Shown here: in pieces, positions 9,301 through 15,391 of the stretch
Numbering within the stretch: position 1 is the first letter of the stretch
How the letters are laid out: the number at the start of each line of letters is the position of its first letter
From: a virus
Taxonomy: Duplodnaviria; Heunggongvirae; Uroviricota; Caudoviricetes
Virus record (IMG/VR): IMGVR_UViG_2703718798_000003
DNA length: 20,875 nt
Reading direction: 5' to 3' (one strand)
Translations under genes and position numbers: made by a program
Notes under the pieces: generated by a model
What the model was told of the DNA's origin: nothing
What the model saw: only the letters and a program-made list of their open reading frames with translations
Database searches by the model: none

Positions 9301-11735
9301 AGACCACGACGAACCATTTCACCCTCGAGTGTTTCCCCCTGGCGACCAGCGGCGTTTTCCGGTGCCGGAGCTTGTCCTTTCTGGAAACTCTGGCCCTTAA
9401 CCTCACCGGTTGTGGTAAAACGACCACCACGTCCGGCCTGATTCTCATCCGGCGTACGCGCCACCTCTCCCGGTAACGGATATCCCTGTCCGGGATGAAT
9501 ATCGCCGGGAGCGGGCAGGCGTGGACGCTCAGTTAACTCCTGTGCTGTCGGACCGGCATCACCTTCAGCCATCTGTGAACGTACAAGCTCCTCTGCCGTC
9601 GGCGCGTTGCCACGGGCAAGGCGGGCCTGTACCTCCGTATCATCCCCCGTGAAACCACGGAATCGCGGGTCACGCATGAACGCGGGCTGCTCCATCGGGT
9701 CAGCATCAGCAATACGCTCTCCGTCAGCCAGGGTGTTAATGGTTTCCGTTGCCACATCTTCAGAGAACGCAGGATTATCCATTTCAACGGCATATTGATT
9801 CTCGCCTTTCTTCACTACGGACGGTTTCAGGCCGGTGGCGGCGGCATTACGGAAAACATCACTCCCCATGGCGCTTTTCTCATCCGTGAAATAACGGTTG
9901 TCCGGGCGCACCTTTTCAATGCGTTCCGCTGGTCTGGACGCACCATTCCCGTTAATTTCAATGCGGACTTCATTCGGGTCCCGGAACCGCACCGTCGGGT
10001 AAATGCTCCCGTTACCATCCTCCGCATTTTCAGGCTGTGACTGTGCTTCCGGCGTCACTTCCTGTTGTGGGCGAATGACTTCTCGTATTGCCTGAAACTG
10101 TTGTTCTTCAGTCTCGGTGCGCTCCTCTTTCTGGCTGAGTCTGCGGTATTCCTCAAGCAGTTCAGAACGCGGCTTCGCCTTCAGCTCATTCATCACAGCC
10201 TGTCGCTTCGCCTGTTCGTCCAGTTCATTCAACAACTGGCTGGCAGCTTCCCGGCGATGAGCTGCGGATACGTCACCCTCTGTTGCCATATCCGCATCAG
10301 CATACTGCTCCAGAAGCTGCTCGCGATTCATGCCCTGCATGGATTCACGCTGCTGCGCCACCGGATCAACAGATTCTGGTTGCGGGGCTGCGTCGTCCTG
10401 CTGCACGGTTTCAGCATCACGCATGGCGGTTTCTTCTGCGGCCTGACGTCTGCCACGATATCCGGCAACCGCACCGGATGGAGCCCCCATCGCAGCACCA
10501 AAGGCTGCACCTTCGATCGTTGCGTCAGCCACGCCCTCCCACGGTGACACATCCATTCCGGCGGTCTCACGCAATGCCGTGTTTTCCTGATAGCGTGAAT
10601 AGCCGCCCTGCGCCGCATTAATCGCCCCCTGTTCCGTGGCATTTCTGACAATGCCGCTTTTAACGGTCTTCGCTGTGCCTCGTGTCACCAGATTAAACAG
10701 TTGTGCGTCACCCAGTTTTGCCGCCATGGCATTCACAGCCAGCAATTCAGGATCGGTTGCCAGCTGCGCGCGCACCTCATCGGCAACACGCTCTTTTGCC
10801 AGATCCATTTTCTGGCGATCAGTAAGCTGTGCGTGCTGCGGGTCGGCGTCAATGGACAAAAACGTCTGCTGAAATTTCGGTGACTGCGCCAGCTCAGAGT
10901 AATCCGCATTAAGAACAGCATCTGCTGCCGCCATTGCACTCTGCCCCTGTGCACTGGCTGTGGAATGGGTGATCAGGCCCGCCTGGAATAAATCCGGCAT
11001 TTTTTTATCGACAGCTTCTGCTGCCAGTGCCGTGGCTCTTTCCGGCTGCATCCCTGCCGCGATGTATTTTTTCTCCAGCCCGGCGGTCAGCATTTTTCGC
11101 AGTGTGACATCACCCACCTTTTTAGCCACACCGCCAGCAACCATATCAGGTACAAGCGCACCAATCAGGTTTACACCCTTCGCCACCCAGACCGCAGAAT
11201 CATCATAGCCTTCGGTCATCGGCGTATTCAGCGCACGAACAGCACCCGGCGACATCTTACCGGTCAGCCATTCATCAGTGGCTTCAGCACCATCACTGAC
11301 AGCCTTACCGGTTGCCTTCAGACCTTTACCGACAGTATCAGTAACCGCGTTTTTGCCATCAGGCAGGGTATCGATGACCTCATCAGCCCCCCTGCTGCCA
11401 CCGGCAAAAATATCCTGCACAGTTGCGACACCCGGCAGCCCCATACGGCTGAACTCATTTAAAATACGCGCCCCTGTTTTTACCGGGCTTTGAATCATCG
11501 CATCACCGAGTCCACGGGCCATTTCCCCTGTTCCCCGGACGGACTGGGCGAAACCTTTACCCATTGTTGGCAATACATCGCCCAGGCTGAACGACGTACT
11601 GTTATCCTTCCAGCGATTCGGATCAGAGAAAAATGCTTCATAGCTGTCAGTTTCGCCGGGTTGCTGAATGTTCAGGCTGTTACGATTCTGGTTACCGAGT
11701 TGCGCCTCAGGACGCTGTTCCTCTGAATAGGCCAT
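3345..11735 (-). CDS. Giant 2,796 aa protein with two HExxH (zincin-like) motifs; possible polyvalent / virion-internal protein, function unknown
   Basis: Uninterrupted minus-strand ORF. Start placed at ATG 11733-11735 (MAYSEEQ, GGAG SD 5 nt upstream); the longer frame to 11774 overlaps a terminator hairpin. HEWFH encoded at 7872-7886 and HEIIH at 7071-7085; Pro/Glu-rich low-complexity linker with GLP(S/A)PD-like repeats; Gly/Ala-rich N-terminus. No Walker A or hemagglutinin/YD repeats noticed. Confidence 0.85.
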   Translation of the reverse strand: MAYSEEQRPEAQLGNQNRNSLNIQQPGETDSYEAFFSDPNRWKDNSTSFSLGDVLPTMGKGFAQSVRGTGEMARGLGDAMIQSPVKTGARILNEFSRMGLPGVATVQDIFAGGSRGADEVIDTLPDGKNAVTDTVGKGLKATGKAVSDGAEATDEWLTGKMSPGAVRALNTPMTEGYDDSAVWVAKGVNLIGALVPDMVAGGVAKKVGDVTLRKMLTAGLEKKYIAAGMQPERATALAAEAVDKKMPDLFQAGLITHSTASAQGQSAMAAADAVLNADYSELAQSPKFQQTFLSIDADPQHAQLTDRQKMDLAKERVADEVRAQLATDPELLAVNAMAAKLGDAQLFNLVTRGTAKTVKSGIVRNATEQGAINAAQGGYSRYQENTALRETAGMDVSPWEGVADATIEGAAFGAAMGAPSGAVAGYRGRRQAAEETAMRDAETVQQDDAAPQPESVDPVAQQRESMQGMNREQLLEQYADADMATEGDVSAAHRREAASQLLNELDEQAKRQAVMNELKAKPRSELLEEYRRLSQKEERTETEEQQFQAIREVIRPQQEVTPEAQSQPENAEDGNGSIYPTVRFRDPNEVRIEINGNGASRPAERIEKVRPDNRYFTDEKSAMGSDVFRNAAATGLKPSVVKKGENQYAVEMDNPAFSEDVATETINTLADGERIADADPMEQPAFMRDPRFRGFTGDDTEVQARLARGNAPTAEELVRSQMAEGDAGPTAQELTERPRLPAPGDIHPGQGYPLPGEVARTPDENQAGRGGRFTTTGEVKGQSFQKGQAPAPENAAGRQGETLEGEMVRRGLPSPDAQNATAPVREGLPAPDIARNVRMPQPESLPRTVRDSLPELAQQAEVRRQAGGNRDIPQPETIAPESETTVSTDREATVRGGEVRGKKIEDFGEEIKGAAKHRYAQLAETLGKTLEDRDYATQPLSKLFPKPDYAKLANEGADADTLAMIALYRSDIPAKTKHNTAGWGESIKKVRHSVSEMLNGTVSAKRLAEWMEGRMPSRYADTWQLLRTLPPSQMDRASAYRVVSGVYQAAGGKRYDPPQKLYSLRNKDNKGSNLFFSESRDELLAKAKVWFAEQEEKSQAKGDEKTAPSPDDKIRFDVYRNTRSGDIFIAYGKNKMRVRGGFKSASDARKYIDSHRDELVRHVKEMREISREEQRNATNRDRTGPERRKGNVSPEQFSDAFGFRGVQFGNYVEGPRRQADLNRAYDSLHDLAEVLNVPTKALSLNGRLGLAFGARGKGKAAAHYEPGEVAINLTKGNGPGALAHEWFHSLDNYFGRYDVSNDGKITSGGDFMTEAQRVRRIFKDGRYVDAEYPVRQEVYDAFKGVIQAIKNSDMPRRSALLDEVRSKPYWSTDVEMAARAFERYVQDKARMAGVENDYLVNIRKAPEHNTDNTWAYPTNAELDGGIRDAFDHLFSTLKTRETDKGVAFYSRKGVTRTPEGNLISDVNRSAEAKGSPVPQVEAVVRGVMSGIKDSDLKVRVVKSQKEAEALAGELFDGYGRVHAFYRPDKREIVLVADNIPDGRTVREKLRHEIIHHAMEHVVTPAEYQTIIKTVLKTRDSDNATIREAWRKVDASYGKESPEVQAGEFLAHMAEKQPNKFVAAWERVVALVKGVLRRTGLLKPTELNDIRLVRETIRTLGQRVREGYTPREDGVGASSQYSRSGKPDPFKADAYDAKQFASEVRRIAGLQSVSRREMLRVGDTPRVLRALGAPDLELVMPASVVHKATRPEIREHFVSVETLADLPQLLTDPVVVMRSKTESDALVSLIQATDTKGNPVIVAIHTHVKGDGFAEINKIASAYGKDKRSALQDQLDTSLLYLNKEKAAEWLHAVGLQLPEANTINGSSGFKILHPEDIRKGPYYSRTSSLTPEDTIASRFVRQMQDKFQVLKAVQENIRKTGGKIDDSNNAYMAEELFHGKAENDLNVMKERYVQPLAKLLADYKIAQADLDEYLYARHAPERNAHIAKINPKMPDGGSGMTNAEAAEIMQRVRNSGKQAQYDRLAGIVDDMLARRRELIREAGLEESGVVDAWQNAYRYYVPLKGQDVDGVVSLPRTGKGFTIGGRESRQAMGRASRAQSPSTQAIQDLSESLIRHRKNEVGNAFLKLVQDNPDKDYWQVFTDDRPDTMRVIAERKDQETGETIREVVERPVAMAMMADRYFTTKKNGKTYYIKLHDPRLMRAMKNMGPETSNAVIRTLGKVNRFLATVNTSYNPEFLVSNFIRDVQTAVMNLKAEQGRSDGKLKGLDNLSALAVVKDSRSAMSAVYASLRGKTLTGKGTQWQKVWKEFVEDGGKTGWFNMGDLEGQQKEMDRLVSLAKGGWKGQSIGAWNSFLNLVEDANGAVENALRLSAYKHARDAGLSRQQAASLAKNMTVNFNRRGEQGALMNSLYMFANASIQGTANLVRTLGHLNGEGPLLERLRWKNLNVPQKIALAAVGAGYLLGSLNRSVAGEDDDGVNWYDKVPSHVKERNLVIMKSVFGGKAGEYWSIPLPYGYNVFFLLGHTAEGVAAGDLTASRAAGNVVGGVLGAFSPIGSETSETLSGALLKNAAPTILRPFANLAMNENFMGAQIYQENMPFGTPKPDSQLGRRSTPEAYKAFASWLNAFSGGSQYRPGAVDITPESLKYWVDYISGGTGRFISKTTDAAVKSLNGIDIPEQQVPFLGKISGEVMPYADQQKMYDRMTEVAQYHAELKSLTGAERTAFIDENNGKLSMNGLMQDTRKRLKDLRKQCDAIYADSTLSLAQQSAMVKSVERDMKIAVDRFNREYNKKVGVE

Positions 11736-11744
11736 ACAGACTCC

Positions 11745-11772
11745 ATAAAAAAACCCGGCACAATGGCCGGGC
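11745..11772 (-). terminator. Rho-independent terminator between the 421 aa gene and the giant ORF
   Basis: Minus strand: CCCGGC-CATTGT-GCCGGG followed by TTTTTTTA, ~35 nt after stop 11805-11807 and immediately before the giant ORF SD/start. Confidence 0.6.
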
Positions 11773-11804
11773 ATCAGGAAATGGTGTTAATGGAATATCG
11801 TGAA

Positions 11805-13070
11805 TTACTGGGCGTAATTCTGTTTCAGTCCACGGATAAACTGAGATGCAGATGAAGCACTTTCATCTCTGGCCTGTTCCCCCCTGGCCTTTTTAATACG
11901 GAGAAAATTCGCATACCCGTTCTCCAGCAATTTCTGATTCTGAGGTTCCAGCATTTCAGGCTGACGGGCCGCTACATTTCTGGCAAATGACAGCTTATCA
12001 GGATCATCTCCCGCCCAGTTGATAACCTGTTGCTGAAGTTTTTGTTGCTGAATTTTCTGTTGATGCGGTTGTGAACCAGTCGCAGCATAATATTCATCCA
12101 CCGCAGCCTGAGCATTACCGCCATTCTTGATCGCGTCCGCCGCTACGTTGCTGGCCCCCTTCTGAAGCTCTTTCAGAGAAAGTCCCTGCTGCTTCGGCAT
12201 AAAATAACCATAATTTTTCGATATCTCTGCAAATTTGCTGCGATCCCTGACCTGAGCGATAGCCTTATCAACGGGTATCGCCAGCACGGTTTGATCATCA
12301 GGGTGCGCACTGCCGTATTCTGTTACAGGTTTATGCGCGGTGGAGCCATCGCTGTATGTGAGATCAAGGCCAATAAGTACGTACCCTTCCTGCTGCGCCG
12401 GTACGATACTGCCAATCCTGGCCTCTTTTATCGTTTTTTCCCCGGTTGAATCAGGCATGCCAATACGCTGTTGTAGTTCCGGGGCAAACACGCCGGAAAG
12501 CACATCGAGATTTTCCGGGGTATTCAGCGAAGCAATCGCCCTGTCCGGCTTATCATCAAAGATTTTCTGCAGGTTGTTCACGGCCTGACCCGCTTTCGCA
12601 GCATAGCCTACCGTTGACATCATCTTAAGCGGATTGGCGTCCGATAATTTACCGAACAGATGAGAAGCCGCATCATGGTCACCCGCATCAATCGCTTTTC
12701 CCAGCGCCGCCATCACAGGCTGATCGCGCGCCAGCATATCGTTATACTCAAGCCGTCGCTGGTTGTATTTCTGCAACTGGAGTCGTTGCTGTTCCATCCC
12801 CAGCGACGCATTCCGGTAATTCTGGTTGGCGTTAAACTCCCTTTCCTGCAGTGTGTAATTGCGGTCATCAACTTTGGCTCTGTAATCAAAGTTCCGCTGA
12901 TCAACGTCTTTATTATGTTCAAACTGAGACTGCGCAAATTCAAAATCGCGCTCGTTATTTTTCTGTTGCTGAGCAAGCTGTGCTTCTCGCAAACCAAGCT
13001 CCTTACGACGGGTCATTGCCTGGTCAACAGTGCTGAATCCGGCAAGTAACCCCTGTGCAAATCCGCTCAT
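11805..13070 (-). CDS. Hypothetical protein, 421 aa, Gln/charged-rich with coiled-coil-like N-terminal third
   Basis: Complete ORF with strong AAGGAG SD 6 nt upstream, overlapping the stop of the preceding gene. No recognisable catalytic motif. Confidence 0.7.
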   Translation of the reverse strand: MSGFAQGLLAGFSTVDQAMTRRKELGLREAQLAQQQKNNERDFEFAQSQFEHNKDVDQRNFDYRAKVDDRNYTLQEREFNANQNYRNASLGMEQQRLQLQKYNQRRLEYNDMLARDQPVMAALGKAIDAGDHDAASHLFGKLSDANPLKMMSTVGYAAKAGQAVNNLQKIFDDKPDRAIASLNTPENLDVLSGVFAPELQQRIGMPDSTGEKTIKEARIGSIVPAQQEGYVLIGLDLTYSDGSTAHKPVTEYGSAHPDDQTVLAIPVDKAIAQVRDRSKFAEISKNYGYFMPKQQGLSLKELQKGASNVAADAIKNGGNAQAAVDEYYAATGSQPHQQKIQQQKLQQQVINWAGDDPDKLSFARNVAARQPEMLEPQNQKLLENGYANFLRIKKARGEQARDESASSASQFIRGLKQNYAQ

Positions 13071-13080
13071 TCACCACTCC

Positions 13081-13353
13081 TTAAAACAAAGCGCCTGCAA
13101 TGCCGCCAATTACTGCACCAGCAACAGCGCCGACGGCTGTCCCCACTACCGGTACTGCTGAACCAACAGTCGCCCCGATAGTGGCCCCCGTACCAATGCC
13201 CGTACCGATATTCTGTTTTTTCTGAGCTTTCTGTTGAGCAGCCAGTTGTTTATTTGATGCCTCAATCTCTGTACGTCGTCTGTCTGCGTCACTTATTCCC
13301 TGTAATGCCTCACGCCGCGACTGATTTGCAATATCCAGTAAACCGTATCCCAT
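13081..13353 (-). CDS. Hypothetical 90 aa protein with C-terminal glycine-zipper hydrophobic segment
   Basis: AGGGGG SD upstream; C-terminus GTGIGTGATIGATVGSAVPVVGTAVGAVAGAVIGGIAGALF (GxxxG repeats) suggests a tail-anchored membrane segment; N-terminus charged/helical. Confidence 0.65.
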   Translation of the reverse strand: MGYGLLDIANQSRREALQGISDADRRRTEIEASNKQLAAQQKAQKKQNIGTGIGTGATIGATVGSAVPVVGTAVGAVAGAVIGGIAGALF

Positions 13354-13362
13354 ATTGCCCCC

Positions 13363-13809
13363 TTACGCTGCCACCAGTTGTCCGCCAACACTCAGTTTCT
13401 GTCTTGCCGGTGCAGAAGCCCCCGTCAGAATATTCATCTGGCGATCCTGTTCGGCTTCACGGATACCATTTTTCGCACCTGCTATTGCCAGGGCATTACG
13501 TAACCCCAGCGTATTACTGTCGGGATTATCCGGGCGGCTTACCCCGTATCTCGCCATCTGGTTATCCTGCGCCATCTGCGCTGTACGGAGACTGGAAGTG
13601 GCAAGGCCTCCCACCCGTGCAAGCTGTGGATTCATCAGACTGTTGTTCTCCCCAAGGTCAGCCAGCCTTGCTACACGGGGTAAATATCTGGTGCGCCAGT
13701 CGTCGTATTGCTGGCGGGTCAGCGCTGCGGATGTCTGCCAGTCCCCCTGAGGGCGGGCTGCTCCGGTATAACCGTATCTCGCAAGTGTTTCGTATTTACC
13801 GTACTCCAT
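13363..13809 (-). CDS. Hypothetical protein (~148 aa)
   Basis: ORF track gives 13363..13815 with a GTG start; the ATG at 13807-13809 (MEYGKYE) has GGAG ~9 nt upstream and sits 2 nt after the TGA of the upstream gene, so tight coupling either way. Confidence 0.6.
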   Translation of the reverse strand: MEYGKYETLARYGYTGAARPQGDWQTSAALTRQQYDDWRTRYLPRVARLADLGENNSLMNPQLARVGGLATSSLRTAQMAQDNQMARYGVSRPDNPDSNTLGLRNALAIAGAKNGIREAEQDRQMNILTGASAPARQKLSVGGQLVAA

Positions 13810-13811
13810 AA

Positions 13812-14468
13812 TCACAGTCTCCAGTTCTGAGCCTGATGCTGAATGGCATTAGCGCCAGTGCCAGGTGTTTTAGCACCGCCACTTCCTCCGCTACCGCCAG
13901 CCTTATGCATCGCATATGCACCTGCCGCACCCAGACCAGCGCCAACAAGAGAGGCTCGCCCCTGCTGTTTCGTAAACGCCGCCTGTGCATCCGATTTAGC
14001 TTTTGCCAGACTGCTGTCTGCCAGAGAGTTAAAACTCTGTAACGCATCCGCCTTCTGACCAGAACCGAGAGCAGCAACATCCTGTAGCCCGGCAACATAC
14101 TTATCTGCCTGCGATACCTGCCCCCGTGTGGTTGTGTCAATCTGCCCGGTTACCTGATCACTCTGGTTCGCATTCATTACCGCGTTAAAGCGACCACTGG
14201 ACGGGTCAACACCGGACTGAGCAAGATTACCCGCCAGCTCCTTCCGTGCTTCGCCAAACTGTTTCTGATACCCCAGATTTGTGGTGCCAGCGATATTGTC
14301 GTACTGCTGCTCACTGTTCAGGTCATCGACCTTTTCCATGAAGTTATCTTCAGCCGGGCGGAGGATATTTTTGTAATCCTGCCACCCTTTCCAGGCCACT
14401 TCTTCCTGTGCTATTTGCGCTGCTGTTGGTTTTACTTTGGTATCACCACCACCTTTACTTCCACCCAT
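13812..14468 (-). CDS. Hypothetical protein, 218 aa, Gly/Ala/Gln-rich (MGGSKGGG N-terminus)
   Basis: Complete ORF directly after a terminator; first gene of a tightly packed four-gene operon. Low-complexity composition. Confidence 0.65.
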   Translation of the reverse strand: MGGSKGGGDTKVKPTAAQIAQEEVAWKGWQDYKNILRPAEDNFMEKVDDLNSEQQYDNIAGTTNLGYQKQFGEARKELAGNLAQSGVDPSSGRFNAVMNANQSDQVTGQIDTTTRGQVSQADKYVAGLQDVAALGSGQKADALQSFNSLADSSLAKAKSDAQAAFTKQQGRASLVGAGLGAAGAYAMHKAGGSGGSGGAKTPGTGANAIQHQAQNWRL

Positions 14469-14483
14469 AATGGCCCCCTGGAT

Positions 14484-14510
14484 AATAAAAAAACCCTGCC
14501 GGAGCAGGGT
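14484..14510 (-). terminator. Rho-independent terminator downstream of the 125 aa gene
   Basis: Minus strand: ACCCTGC-TCCG-GCAGGGT followed by TTTTTTTATTATCC; the 218 aa gene start lies ~20 nt beyond. Confidence 0.6.
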
Positions 14511-14562
14511 CAGAATGTGAATTGCAATGTTGGTTTAAACACGATGATGAAAACTGTGGCAG

Positions 14563-14940
14563 TCAGACCGCTATCCTGAACACCATGAAGCCATCCTCAT
14601 CATCCGGCATTCGCTCAAAGCCCAGACGTTTTCCCAGCCGGATAAATCCCCGCCTTGCCGTATGAAATTCAGCCCAACGTCCGCCAGCCAGACGGGTTAA
14701 TGTCTTCACCTCCGGCAGATAACGCTCAACGCTGTTACTCCCCGTACACACGCCCAGCAACACCAGAACATAAGGGATACCATCAGCACTGAGCACAGAA
14801 CGCAGCACCAGAAAGCCATCAGGTGCCTCAAAACAAAACGCCTGCTTTTTAAGGCAGGCGTCTTTAACTTCATTCATAAATTCAGGGTTGCGGGAATTTC
14901 TCACCACACGCTGCATATACCGGAGAATTTTATCGTTCAT
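14563..14940 (-). CDS. Hypothetical protein (~125 aa)
   Basis: Start placed at ATG 14938-14940 (MNDKILRYMQ, AGGTGA SD 4 nt upstream) rather than 14964. Contains an embedded terminator-like hairpin at ~14839-14860. No family recognised. Confidence 0.55.
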   Translation of the reverse strand: MNDKILRYMQRVVRNSRNPEFMNEVKDACLKKQAFCFEAPDGFLVLRSVLSADGIPYVLVLLGVCTGSNSVERYLPEVKTLTRLAGGRWAEFHTARRGFIRLGKRLGFERMPDDEDGFMVFRIAV

Positions 14941-15020
14941 TCTCTCACCTGAAACGGGTGCCATATCGGCTGAACCTCAGCAACCAGTTGACGGGGACTT
15001 TCGTCCCCGTCGCGGTTTTC

Positions 15021-15161
15021 CTACTGCTTACACTGTAAGAACGCCGCAAACTCCGCTCCCCACAAATTCAGCCGGAACTCACACAGCGAACCGTGCAACA
15101 TCCAGATAGTGAAGATAACCGTCATACAAATTGTGACGGTGATAAGCGATTTTTGCGACAT
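15021..15161 (-). CDS. hok: Hok/Gef-family type I toxin (46 aa)
   Basis: Translation MSQKSLITVTICMTVIFTIWMLHGSLCEFRLNLWGAEFAAFLQCKQ shares the Hok signature (N-terminal TM helix, SLCE...R, E(V/F)AAFL...CK) with recalled HokA/Gef sequences. Perfect AGGAGG SD 9 nt upstream. Stem-loop GACGGGGAC-GAAA-GTCCCCGTC 10 nt after the stop (14990-15011). Confidence 0.8.
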   Translation of the reverse strand: MSQKSLITVTICMTVIFTIWMLHGSLCEFRLNLWGAEFAAFLQCKQ

Positions 15162-15330
15162 AGCGCTTGCCTCCTGAGTGGAGAGGCGCTAACCTTCTAC
15201 TTGTCAAGGTACAAAGTGTTAGGGCCTCGGGTTAACGTTAAGTTGACTCGGGGCCTTTCCACATCAGGCCTTCAGGTTCACCCTCCAGCCATCAGCCGAA
15301 AGGCACCCACGCATAATTTACGGTTTTTGC
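15162..15330. promoter_or_regulatory. Putative hok mRNA leader and antisense (sok-like) RNA region
   Basis: Inferred from hok/sok architecture (antisense RNA encoded opposite the leader upstream of hok). Contains a 10 bp palindrome TTAACGTTAA at ~15233-15242. Exact promoters and antisense RNA ends could not be defined by eye. Confidence 0.3.
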
Positions 15331-15340
15331 CCTGTACGGG

Positions 15341-15367
15341 CAATAAAAAACCCGCCATCACAGCGGG
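15341..15367 (-). terminator. Rho-independent terminator downstream of the Ail/Lom-like gene
   Basis: Minus strand: CCCGC-TGTGATG-GCGGG followed by TTTTTTATTG, 25 nt after stop 15392-15394; a second hairpin GCCCGTACAGGGC follows. Confidence 0.6.
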
Positions 15368-15391
15368 TAGTAAACGGTTACCGGATACAGG

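Noticed and set aside
3438-11726. Numerous plus-strand ORFs of 60-180 aa inside the giant ORF (for example 4654..5163, 8664..9182, 10065..10547), plus a few minus-strand ORFs in alternative frames.
   Set aside because: All are fully overlapped by the single 8.4 kb minus-strand ORF. Their existence is expected from the composition of a long coding region and none has a convincing SD or recognisable motif.
11736-11774. Longer N-terminus of the giant ORF (MPGHCAGFFYGVC...).
   Set aside because: These codons are the terminator hairpin (CCCGGC..GCCGGG) and its T-run read in frame; the ATG at 11735 is preceded by GGAG at proper spacing.
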